A stretch of 64,000 nt of DNA, taken from positions 22,484 to 86,483 of the IMG/VR virus record IMGVR_UViG_3300020109_000011; one strand, written 5' to 3'. The stretch is from a virus. Made by a program: the position numbers and the translations under genes. This document shows, piece by piece, positions 28,343 to 36,310 of this stretch. Position 1 is the first letter of the stretch; every line of letters begins with the position of its first letter. A model generated the notes under the pieces. That model did not search any database. It saw only the letters and a list, made by a program, of their open reading frames with translations, and was not told the origin of the DNA.

Positions 28343-29262
28343 CAGGCCAGCCCGTTCCGGCGCCGCTCGGCCGTCTGCTTGTCCAGGTAGGCCTGCCGGT
28401 TGCGGGCCTCGCTGCCGTGCTTGCCGTCGCGGCGCTCCTGCTCGTAGCGCGCCTGGTCGGACGCGGCGCGCTCCTGGTTGTGCCGGTTCTTCCGGCCCTT
28501 GCGGGCCTTCCGGCGCTCGCGGCGGCTGCCCGGCCGGTTCATCGGCGCCGGGGAGACCACCAGGGCCCGCTGGGCGGCCTCGAACTCCTCCTCCATCTCC
28601 CGGCGGCGCAGGTCGGCCTCCTCGGCGTCCAGGTACTCGTCGCGCTCGTCGTCGGTCAGGGCGCTCCACCAGGCCTCGAACTCCTCGTCCGTGGCCCACG
28701 GGTCGGCGGCCTCGGGACGGGTGGTGGGCGAGACCGGGTCCGGGTGGCTGACCCCGCTGCCGCTGCCCCAGGCGTTGGCGTCCCAGTCGAACTCCGACGC
28801 CCGGCGGCTGCCCCCGGTGCCGAAGCCGATGGCCTGCTGGCCGGGACCCGGCTGGCGGCTGCCGCCGAGCACGCCGCCGCTGGCGTAGGTCTTCTTGACC
28901 GGCTCGGGGCGCGGGGTCTTCGAGTAGGGCGCGTAGGGCTGCATCTTGGCCAGCGAGCCCCACAGGGCGTAGTAGGCGTCCCGGCGGCTGCCGTGCTTGG
29001 GGACGGCGGACCGGCGGATGGCCTCGTCCTTGAAGTGGCTGGTGATCGTGGCGGCCATGATCAGCTTGGTCATCTGCTCGGCGAACTCGGCCTTGGAGAC
29101 CTTCGCCCGGAACAGGTAGTCCGCGCCCGGCTTCTCGTAGACGGCGACGCCGGGGAAGTTGCGCTCCAGGTCTTCGCGCAGGCGTGCCCGCAGGTGCAGG
29201 ACGTTGGAGTCCTTGCGGTCCACGACGAAGGAGATGAAGCCGTGCTCGGTGATGATCCACAT
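28342..29262 (-). CDS. Conserved phage hypothetical protein
   Basis: MWI.T..GFIS.V...L.RAR...DL...FP......ADY..RA N-terminus. Confidence 0.7.
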   Translation of the reverse strand: MWIITEHGFISFVVDRKDSNVLHLRARLREDLERNFPGVAVYEKPGADYLFRAKVSKAEFAEQMTKLIMAATITSHFKDEAIRRSAVPKHGSRRDAYYALWGSLAKMQPYAPYSKTPRPEPVKKTYASGGVLGGSRQPGPGQQAIGFGTGGSRRASEFDWDANAWGSGSGVSHPDPVSPTTRPEAADPWATDEEFEAWWSALTDDERDEYLDAEEADLRRREMEEEFEAAQRALVVSPAPMNRPGSRRERRKARKGRKNRHNQERAASDQARYEQERRDGKHGSEARNRQAYLDKQTAERRRNGLA

Positions 29263-29310
29263 GGTGGCGGGGGTGTCCGATCTGTCGGGGTGCGGTGGTC
29301 GCGTGAATGA

Positions 29311-29340
29311 AGAATAGCTGGCTTTGTCAACAACGTCAAC
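29311..29340 (-). promoter_or_regulatory. Family promoter TTGACG-TTG-TTGACA-N8-TATTCT (leadered)
   Basis: Read directly from the sequence. Confidence 0.7.
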
Positions 29341-29369
29341 ACGGGGACCCCCGGAGGGGCCCCCGTGTT
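29338..29369. terminator. Hairpin terminator abutting promoter
   Basis: AACACGGGG...CCCCGTGTT inverted repeat. Confidence 0.6.
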
Positions 29370-29373
29370 GCGG

Positions 29374-30006
29374 TCAGCGGGTGGAGCGGTTGCCGGTGCC
29401 CAGGAGGTTGACCAGGTTCTCCTCGGTCTCCTCGGCCAACCCCTGCCAGACGGTGAGCTCGTCCCGGAGCCGAGCGACCTCCTGCCGGGCCAGGTACAGC
29501 GCGCGCCGCGCCTCGTCCTCGGGCAGCGTGGCCTCGTCGTGGGTCAGCTGGTGCCGGGGCAGGTTGCCCGGGCTGAACGCCCCCGCGCAGATCGGGCAGT
29601 TGACACGGACGTGGGCCCGTACCCGGTGCACCGACATCGCCTGGAGCGTCCGGAACGGCTTGCCGCACTCCGTGCAGTCCACCGTCGGCTCGGGCTCGGC
29701 TGCCAGCGGCCGGGGCGGCATCACGGGCCAGGGCAGCCACTCGACCGGCCGGGGCGCCTCAGGCGCCTCCTGGGAGGCTGCGGCGGCCTCCTGCTCGCGC
29801 TGCCAGCGGCGGAACTCCATGCCGAGGTTCGCGGCGCGGAACGCGGCGCCGACCTTCGGGGACACCGAGCAGGTGGTCTGACCGTCGGGGGCCCGCATGA
29901 TCGCGTGGCCCTTGCGGGAGACCTTGCCCGTCCAGCCTGCCGCCTCCATCTCGCGGATCAGCTTGGTCGGGATCTCCTCGAAGGTGTTGGACAGCTTCAG
30001 CGCCAT
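29374..30006 (-). CDS. Protein with HicA-like N-terminus and two C2H2 zinc fingers
   Basis: GW......KGH......PDG; CTECGKPF.....M..H...H; CPIC...F....L..H...H. Confidence 0.6.
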   Translation of the reverse strand: MALKLSNTFEEIPTKLIREMEAAGWTGKVSRKGHAIMRAPDGQTTCSVSPKVGAAFRAANLGMEFRRWQREQEAAAASQEAPEAPRPVEWLPWPVMPPRPLAAEPEPTVDCTECGKPFRTLQAMSVHRVRAHVRVNCPICAGAFSPGNLPRHQLTHDEATLPEDEARRALYLARQEVARLRDELTVWQGLAEETEENLVNLLGTGNRSTR

Positions 30007-30329
30007 CAGGCTGCCACCGCCGCGACCTCGCGCCGGATCTGCTCGGCGGCCTGGTCCTTGACCTCGGCCTCGACCCGGTCCAGCCAGCCGTAGCCGCCCT
30101 CGAACTCGTGGGCCTCGGCGGCGTTGCGGGCCTTCTGGGCCTGGGCGGCCAGGTCGGCGGCTGCGGCCTCGGTGATGCCCTGGGCCCGCACGACCTTGGC
30201 GGCTGTGCTCCAGGCGAAGTAGCGGGTGGTGGCGGCGCGGTCGCTGCCATCGTTGCCGTAGTCGGCCCAGCGGGCCGACTCCATGAACCGGGTGGCTACC
30301 TGCTCTGCGGTGGTGCTGGTCTGCGTCAT
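30006..30329 (-). CDS. MTQT-start hypothetical protein
   Basis: Leaderless start; TGATG coupling. Confidence 0.7.
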   Translation of the reverse strand: MTQTSTTAEQVATRFMESARWADYGNDGSDRAATTRYFAWSTAAKVVRAQGITEAAAADLAAQAQKARNAAEAHEFEGGYGWLDRVEAEVKDQAAEQIRREVAAVAA

Positions 30330-30365
30330 GGGACCAGTATCGCAGACCTTGTCAACACTGTCAAC
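30319..30365 (-). promoter_or_regulatory. MTQT cassette 5: TTGACA-GTG-TTGACA-N8-GATACT-N6-ATGACGCAGAC
   Basis: Read directly from the sequence. Confidence 0.85.
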
Positions 30366-30867
30366 TAATGGCTGGCTCGGGTTCCTCGTCCGGATCGCGC
30401 GGTGAGCCGTTGACCTGCGGCATTGCCTGGGTGTCGGTGCGCGGTGCGCGCCACGGGATGCGCAGCGGCGGGGGTGTCGGGATGTCCCCCGGACGCACGC
30501 CGCGCTGGATCAGGGTCTGGACGACATCGTGGTCCCAGCCCATGTGCTCGCGGATCACGCGCTGGAGGGCGTCCCGGTCGTCCAGGGTCTCGTCCAGCTG
30601 GCGCCGCAGGCTCTCGATCTCCTGGTCGGCGAAGGCCCGGCCCTCGGTGGCCTGGGCGATCATCTGCTCGCGGCGCTTCCGCCGCTCCTCGACCTCGCGG
30701 TTGACACGCCGCTCGCCGAGGGACTGGAACCACCGCGCCACCTTGCCGAAGGGGCCCTTCAGGTTCGTGGCCGCGTTCGTGCCCACGGTCAGGATCACGA
30801 CGACGACCAGGAACCACTGGACGACGACGTTGTCCTTGACCAGGTCTAGCAGCGCGGTGGGGTCCAT
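30361..30867 (-). CDS. Membrane protein with coiled coil (lysis-cassette type)
   Basis: N-terminal TM helix, coiled coil, Pro-rich end. Confidence 0.65.
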   Translation of the reverse strand: MDPTALLDLVKDNVVVQWFLVVVVILTVGTNAATNLKGPFGKVARWFQSLGERRVNREVEERRKRREQMIAQATEGRAFADQEIESLRRQLDETLDDRDALQRVIREHMGWDHDVVQTLIQRGVRPGDIPTPPPLRIPWRAPRTDTQAMPQVNGSPRDPDEEPEPAIS

Positions 30868-30870
30868 GCG

Positions 30871-31551
30871 TCAACGGAGGGCAGCGACCCGTGCCAGGGC
30901 CTTGAAGTCCTCGTCCTCCTCTCGCTTCAGGCGCTCGGAACGGCGGGCCAGCACCTGCGTGCCGAATCCGAAGATGAAGTGCAGCGCCGCGCCGCCCAGG
31001 AAGCCGTTACCGGTCCGGTAGCCGTAGCCGAGGCCGTGACTGGCCAGGTAGCCCCCGGCGACCATCGCGGCCACCCCGAGCACGAGCGCGAGGATGTCGG
31101 GCACGAAGCGGGAGTCGCTGGCCAGCAGGACGGCGGCGAACAGCAGCAGGGAGCACCCCGCACCGGCCAGCCACCAGCTGTCCAACGGCGCATCCCGCAG
31201 GAAGGTGATGCCCAGGATCAGATAGCTCGCGCCGACGAACAGGTGGCCCATGCTCAGGGCCCGCATCCAGCCCATCGCCAGCCCGACGAAGCCGACCCCG
31301 GCCGGGATCAGGAAGGCCAGGCCGAGCACCCGCAGCGGCACGTCGGCCTCGATGCCCGACAGCACGGGGTTGAGCTCGGGCCCGTCGTTCACCACGTCCG
31401 GCAGGTTGAAGTAGTCCATGCCGCGCTGGGCGGCGGTCCACAGCACGACGATCTGGGCCATCAGCAGCACCACGTTGGCCGCGCCGGGCTTCCAGTTGCC
31501 TCGGAGGCGGACGGCGGCCAGGCGGCGCAGGGCGTGCACGGGGGAGGTCAT
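30871..31551 (-). CDS. Multi-pass membrane protein
   Basis: About six hydrophobic segments. Confidence 0.7.
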   Translation of the reverse strand: MTSPVHALRRLAAVRLRGNWKPGAANVVLLMAQIVVLWTAAQRGMDYFNLPDVVNDGPELNPVLSGIEADVPLRVLGLAFLIPAGVGFVGLAMGWMRALSMGHLFVGASYLILGITFLRDAPLDSWWLAGAGCSLLLFAAVLLASDSRFVPDILALVLGVAAMVAGGYLASHGLGYGYRTGNGFLGGAALHFIFGFGTQVLARRSERLKREEDEDFKALARVAALR

Positions 31552-32000
31552 GGCTCCTCGATGGGGGTCAGCTTGCGGCCGAGGGTGTCCCGGGGGTCGG
31601 ACAGCGGCGTGACCTTGTCCCGGGCGCGCAGGCGGGCCATCAGCCAGGGGCCGACCAGGCTCCAGGCACCGGCCAGGGCCAGCACCACGTTGCCCGCCTG
31701 GTCCGCGATGGCGTCCAGGTCATAGTCCTCGGGGAGCGTGACTCCGACCAGCTTCAGCAGGCCGCCGATGGCCAGGATCACCGCGCTGACCACACCAGCC
31801 ACACGCGCCGCACTCAGGACGGGCTCGGGGCGGGGCGCCAGCACCTCGCCCGACAGCGCGGTGTCGCTCAGGTCGTTGGGGACCTCGATGACCAGGCGGC
31901 CGTCCCGGGATAGCTCGTCCGTCTGGGTAGCAGGGGTCTCGGGCTCGGGCGCCGCGTGCTGCGGGATGCCGTCGTTGCCGGAGTGCAGGGGTTCGCTCAT
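31548..32000 (-). CDS. Holin-like membrane protein
   Basis: EPVL...two TM helices...AR.KVTP..DP motif typical of actinophage holins. Confidence 0.55.
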   Translation of the reverse strand: MSEPLHSGNDGIPQHAAPEPETPATQTDELSRDGRLVIEVPNDLSDTALSGEVLAPRPEPVLSAARVAGVVSAVILAIGGLLKLVGVTLPEDYDLDAIADQAGNVVLALAGAWSLVGPWLMARLRARDKVTPLSDPRDTLGRKLTPIEEP

Positions 32001-32056
32001 CGTGTCAACCGGTCAGGCCCGGGGCGCCGGTTGACCCAGCGCCCCGAGCTCGGACC

Positions 32057-32626
32057 TCAGGCCTCGTCGGCCCCGGAGCGGGCCTCGGCCTGCTCGCGCG
32101 CAGCGGCCAGCTGCTGCTGCTTGCGCTGCTGGGACAGGCCCTGGAGCACCTCGGCGTGGTGGGTGCCCCGGCTGGTGCGCTGGATGCCCCCGTTCTCGAC
32201 CGTGCTGGGGTCCACCGAGGCGGTGGGCACCTGGGAGGCGTCCCCGCCAGCGGCCTGCTGGGCGTCGTTCTCGCGCAGGCGCGCGATGAGCTCGTCCCGC
32301 TCCCCGCCGCCGTTGAGGCCGCGCTGCTTGGCCTCCTGCTGGAGCGCCCGGTAGCGCCAGGCGTTCTCGTCGTCGTAGTTGTCGGTGGGGCCGTCGGTGT
32401 CGTTGCTGGCGACCCCTCCGGTGCCCGGGTCGGCGTTCTCGTCGCCGGTCCCGATGGTGGGGTCCTGGTTGATCGTCACGTCGGCCTGCTGGGTCTGGCC
32501 CTCGCTGGCACGGCTGACGTTGGACTCCACGGACTCCTGCGTCGGCGCAGGGGCCGCGTCGGCCGGGGTGGCGCTCGGGGTCGCGGTGGTGGGGCTGGTC
32601 TGCTGGTCCAGGGACTGGTCGGGCAC
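32057..32626 (-). CDS. Low-complexity protein with SAP/HeH-like motif
   Basis: W.Y..LQ.EAK.RGL...G.RDELIARL; GAGGAG RBS. Confidence 0.6.
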   Translation of the reverse strand: MPDQSLDQQTSPTTATPSATPADAAPAPTQESVESNVSRASEGQTQQADVTINQDPTIGTGDENADPGTGGVASNDTDGPTDNYDDENAWRYRALQQEAKQRGLNGGGERDELIARLRENDAQQAAGGDASQVPTASVDPSTVENGGIQRTSRGTHHAEVLQGLSQQRKQQQLAAAREQAEARSGADEA

Positions 32627-32684
32627 GGGGTGCTCCTCGCTGCGGACGGTGGTGATGGGCGTGCTCACGGTACCGACGAGTCTG

Positions 32685-33071
32685 CTATGCAGAGAGGTAG
32701 GCGATGGCCTTCTGGAACAGCGTCGGGTCGTCGCGGAACAGCCCCAGACCGTTGTTGCAGCTGGTACAGAGCCAGCCTCGGACATCTCCTGAGCGGTGGC
32801 AGTGGTCCAGGACCAGCTTGTCGCCCTTGCCGCAGATGGCACATCCATCGCCGTAGCGGGCCTGGATCTCATCCATCTGCTCAGTGGTCAGCCCGTGCTT
32901 CGCCTTCCTGACCCGCCTGGCCTTGTTCTCCTTCGACTCGCGCGGCTCGCCCGGTCGGCGGCAGACCCAGGTCGTGCTTCCGGTCTTGGTCTTGCGCGGA
33001 CGGATAGGCGTGTCTGGCCCGCACTCGGCGCAGGTGCCTCGGCGGGTCTCGGTGTTCTTCTCGGTCAGCAC
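32685..33071 (-). CDS. Endonuclease VII-family (HNH-like) nuclease
   Basis: CAICG...LVLDHCH.SG.VRGWLC..CN.GLG.F.D.P. Confidence 0.85.
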   Translation of the reverse strand: MLTEKNTETRRGTCAECGPDTPIRPRKTKTGSTTWVCRRPGEPRESKENKARRVRKAKHGLTTEQMDEIQARYGDGCAICGKGDKLVLDHCHRSGDVRGWLCTSCNNGLGLFRDDPTLFQKAIAYLSA

Positions 33072-33076
33072 ATGAC

Positions 33077-33116
33077 AACGCCCCATCCTCCAACCGTAGC
33101 TGGAGGATGGGGCGTT
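33077..33116. terminator. Hairpin terminator
   Basis: AACGCCCCATCCTCCA...TGGAGGATGGGGCGTT, 16-bp stem. Confidence 0.75.
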
Positions 33117-33132
33117 ATCGGGGACGGGCTGG

Positions 33133-33450
33133 TCAGGCCTTGGCGGGCGGCACGGGCACGAAGCGCAGGTAGACCTCCACCTCGTGCTGGCGGCCCTCCA
33201 CCCGCTGGTCGGTGGACACCTGGATCTCCCAGCGCCCGCCCTCCGGCTCGGCGAAGGCCTTGATCTGGCCCCGGCGGATCCGGTGGGCGGTCTGCGAGAA
33301 GACGCCGTAGCGGGCCTTCTCGCCGCCGCCGACCAGATGCCAGGCGCCAGGGTTCTCGCGGACGGTCTGGGCGGTCGTCTCGAAGTCCTCGAACAGCACC
33401 CGGGACCGGGTGCGCCGGGGCTCCTTCACGGTCAGCGTGGGCGCAGTCAT
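33133..33450 (-). CDS. Hypothetical protein, leaderless (MTAPT)
   Basis: ATG 6 nt after CATACT; R.NPG.W...RI..G...AF...VY.RF motif. Confidence 0.7.
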   Translation of the reverse strand: MTAPTLTVKEPRRTRSRVLFEDFETTAQTVRENPGAWHLVGGGEKARYGVFSQTAHRIRRGQIKAFAEPEGGRWEIQVSTDQRVEGRQHEVEVYLRFVPVPPAKA

Positions 33451-33486
33451 GCAGCCAGTATGGGCATCGTGGTCAACAATGTCAAC
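33440..33486 (-). promoter_or_regulatory. Family promoter TTGACA-TTG-TTGACC-N8-CATACT-N6-ATGACTGCG
   Basis: Read directly from the sequence. Confidence 0.8.
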
Positions 33487-33591
33487 TCTGTGACACCCCG
33501 GACAGCGCGAGGGGCGGGCCCCGGTGTCCACCGGGAACTCCCGCCCCTCACTTCCACCCGCGTCCGCAGACCGGAGGCCTCACCGCCGAAA

Positions 33592-35547
33592 CTACTCCCC
33601 GCCGAACAGCGCGGCCAGCTTCTCCCCGTCGTTGACCAGGGACTCCAGCACCTCGGCGTTCTCGCCCTGGCGGGTCAGCTGGCGCTCCTCGATGGTCCCG
33701 GCCGTCACGTAGTCGATGACCTTGACGTGCTGGTGACGCTCCGAGCCGATCCGGTGCACTCGGTCCAGGCCCTGCTTCCACAGGATCGGGCTCCACGGCC
33801 GCTGGACGCGCATCAGCGTGCTGGCAGCCGTCAGCGTGGTCCCGGTGCCCCCGGCGGCGTAGGTGTAGGCGATCAGCCGCTTCTTCCCGGCCTGGAAGTC
33901 CTGAATGGCGATGTCGCACAGCTGGTGCGTGCGGTCGCCCGCGATCACGTCCAGCTGCTCGTGGAGCTCGGGGTGGCGCTTCAGCAACTCGGCCTCCCAC
34001 AGCCGCAGCAGCCGCCGGGACTCGAAGGCCAGCGCGATCTGCTCGCCGTCGAACTCGCCCGAGACCAAGTCCTCGATGACCTGGTCGATCTTCCCGCTGG
34101 GCATCCGCAGCAGCATCTTCACGGGCACGTCGTCCTCGGTGCTCGCGCTGACCGCGTCGGGGTCCTCGGGGTAGCCGGTGGCGCTGGCCAGCATGGTGAG
34201 GCGCCCGGCCGCGATCATGGCGTTCTGGGCCACGATCACGCCCTCGGCGACCTTCAGGACCATCTCGTCGCGCATCTGGAGGTAGGCGGTCGCCTGCTCC
34301 TTCGGCATGAAGCACTCGCGCCGGAGCTCGCCGCCCATCAGCAGCGGCGGCAGGTCCAGCACCTCGGCCTTCAGGCGGCGCCGGGTGATCCCGCTGAAGA
34401 CCTGCTGGAACTCCTCGACCCGGTCGGCCCGGAAGCCGTTGGTCTCGAAGAAGCCCGCCATGTTGTAGCCGGACTCGGCGTAGTAGCCGATCCAGGTGGT
34501 CTTCACCGGCCAGGCCTCGGCGTCCGCGTAGTGCAGGATCGTCCAGGCCTGCTCGACCTTCCGGCTGACCGGCGTGCCGGTCAGGCCCCAGCGCAGGGCG
34601 TTCGGCGCCGACCGGACCAGGCCCCACAGCGCCAGGGTGTTCTGGCTGGTGTTGTTCATCGCCCGGTGGACCTCGTCGGCGACGATGAGGCCCCAGTCGA
34701 TGGCGTTGAGCTCCTTCTCGTGGGCCTGGCACTTGGCCTCGGTGACCGTGTTCTCCTCGGACTGGTTCGGGCCGCCGCAGGCCTCGCACTTCTTCAGCGC
34801 GTGCCCGGGCTGGGCCTTGAACCGGGTGTGGGTCTTCAGCGACTCCCAGCCGATGATGCCGATCTGCGTCTCACCAGCGGCGATGCGCTCGATGACCTTG
34901 CGGCGCTGGGTCGGGGTGCCACGGATGAGCTCGGCGGTGGCCTCGGGCATGAAGTCGGCGAGGTCGTCCAGCCAGGCGGTCTTCAGGGTCTTCTGCGGCG
35001 CCACGATCAGCACCGGCTTGCCGGTTGACACGGGGATCCCGAGCTCGCGCATCCCGGCGATGATCGAGATGGTCTTGCCGGTGCCGGTCTCGTTCAGCAG
35101 CAGCCGGGCGGGCACCGGAGCGGTCCCACCGCCGTAGGCCAGCCACGCGGCGTCGTCCACCTGGTGCGGGTAGAGCTCGGCGTCGGGCTCCTTGCGCGCG
35201 GCGGGGTCCACCTTGGCCGAGAGCTCGCGCATGGCCTTCCAGTGCGCGGTCTGCTCGTTCACCCAGGCCATGAGCTCGGGGTGCGGCAGGATCCGCAGCC
35301 CGGTCTCCTTGGCCATCACCCCGAGGCTCAGGACGGCCGGGTAGGCCTTCGGCAGCGTCCAGACCTCGTCGGCCTTCGAGTAGAGCGCGCCGGGGATGAG
35401 CTCCAGCCGCTTCATGTACGTCGGGGGCACGTAGACCCCCATCCGGCCCGCGTAGCGGCCGTCAGCGATCTCCCAGGGGTAGATGCCCGGGGAGGCCCCG
35501 GCCAGCTTCGCGGCCATCTTCAGCGGGGCGGTCAGGGTCGCGGTCAT
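33592..35547 (-). CDS. SNF2-family helicase
   Basis: NETGTGKT, DEVH, LTGTP, Q..DRVHRIG motifs; CxxC insert. Confidence 0.9.
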   Translation of the reverse strand: MTATLTAPLKMAAKLAGASPGIYPWEIADGRYAGRMGVYVPPTYMKRLELIPGALYSKADEVWTLPKAYPAVLSLGVMAKETGLRILPHPELMAWVNEQTAHWKAMRELSAKVDPAARKEPDAELYPHQVDDAAWLAYGGGTAPVPARLLLNETGTGKTISIIAGMRELGIPVSTGKPVLIVAPQKTLKTAWLDDLADFMPEATAELIRGTPTQRRKVIERIAAGETQIGIIGWESLKTHTRFKAQPGHALKKCEACGGPNQSEENTVTEAKCQAHEKELNAIDWGLIVADEVHRAMNNTSQNTLALWGLVRSAPNALRWGLTGTPVSRKVEQAWTILHYADAEAWPVKTTWIGYYAESGYNMAGFFETNGFRADRVEEFQQVFSGITRRRLKAEVLDLPPLLMGGELRRECFMPKEQATAYLQMRDEMVLKVAEGVIVAQNAMIAAGRLTMLASATGYPEDPDAVSASTEDDVPVKMLLRMPSGKIDQVIEDLVSGEFDGEQIALAFESRRLLRLWEAELLKRHPELHEQLDVIAGDRTHQLCDIAIQDFQAGKKRLIAYTYAAGGTGTTLTAASTLMRVQRPWSPILWKQGLDRVHRIGSERHQHVKVIDYVTAGTIEERQLTRQGENAEVLESLVNDGEKLAALFGGE

Positions 35548-35825
35548 CGGATCTCCTCCATCACGCGGGCCAGCACATCCGCGACGTGCGCGGGGCCGGA
35601 CAGGGCGAGTTCAACGGGGTCCAGGCGCGCCATCAGCTGCTCCTGGGCGGTGTCCTTCACGCGCTCGCGCTCGGCGCGGCGCAGGCGGGCAGCGCGGTCC
35701 ACGGTCCGCAGCAGCCGGTCGTTCAGGGTGTGGATCTTGACCCCGGCAGCGTCCAGGCCGGGGCACATGGCCTCGAAGGCGGCCTGGTAGTCCAGACCGG
35801 TCGGGGTGGGCTCCGTCGTGGTCAC
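35544..35825 (-). CDS. Hypothetical protein
   Basis: GTGA/ATGA coupling within the replication operon. Confidence 0.55.
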   Translation of the reverse strand: MTTTEPTPTGLDYQAAFEAMCPGLDAAGVKIHTLNDRLLRTVDRAARLRRAERERVKDTAQEQLMARLDPVELALSGPAHVADVLARVMEEIR

Positions 35826-36310
35826 TCGGGCCTCCAGCGGGTGCTCGCCCACAGCAGGGCGTGCCTCAGGGCCTGGACGGCATGGCCCTCGCCGCCCTTG
35901 CCCACGTTGTTGGGCCGGTCCCGGTTCTCCCGGTACCGGCGGATCTTCTCGGGGGTGGACCACTCGCGCTCCGACGGCTTCTGGACGTAGAACCGGCCGG
36001 GCTCGCCGTCCATCAGCCACCGGCAGAAGCCGATGACCTCGACGGCCTCGGGCTGCCAGGTGCGCACGCCCTCGCGCGGCCACCAGCCCTCGATGACGAT
36101 GCCGCTGATCCGCTCCGAGGGGAGCCGAGCGTTCGTGCACTGCATGGCGAAGTCCATGAAGCGCAGGTGGTTGGGCTGCTCGCCCCAGTCGGCGATCTCC
36201 AGCCCGACGTTGGCCAGCTGGGTCGTGTCAACCACCGGCCGGAACAGCACCCAGCCGGTCACACCGCCTGGGTCCACGGCCAGCCACAGCCCGGGCCCGC
36301 GCGCGATCAC
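35822..36310 (-). CDS. RNase H-fold / RuvC-like nuclease
   Basis: LAVDPGGVTGW...IVIE...E.IG...H...A.RH. Confidence 0.6.
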   Translation of the reverse strand: MIARGPGLWLAVDPGGVTGWVLFRPVVDTTQLANVGLEIADWGEQPNHLRFMDFAMQCTNARLPSERISGIVIEGWWPREGVRTWQPEAVEVIGFCRWLMDGEPGRFYVQKPSEREWSTPEKIRRYRENRDRPNNVGKGGEGHAVQALRHALLWASTRWRPE

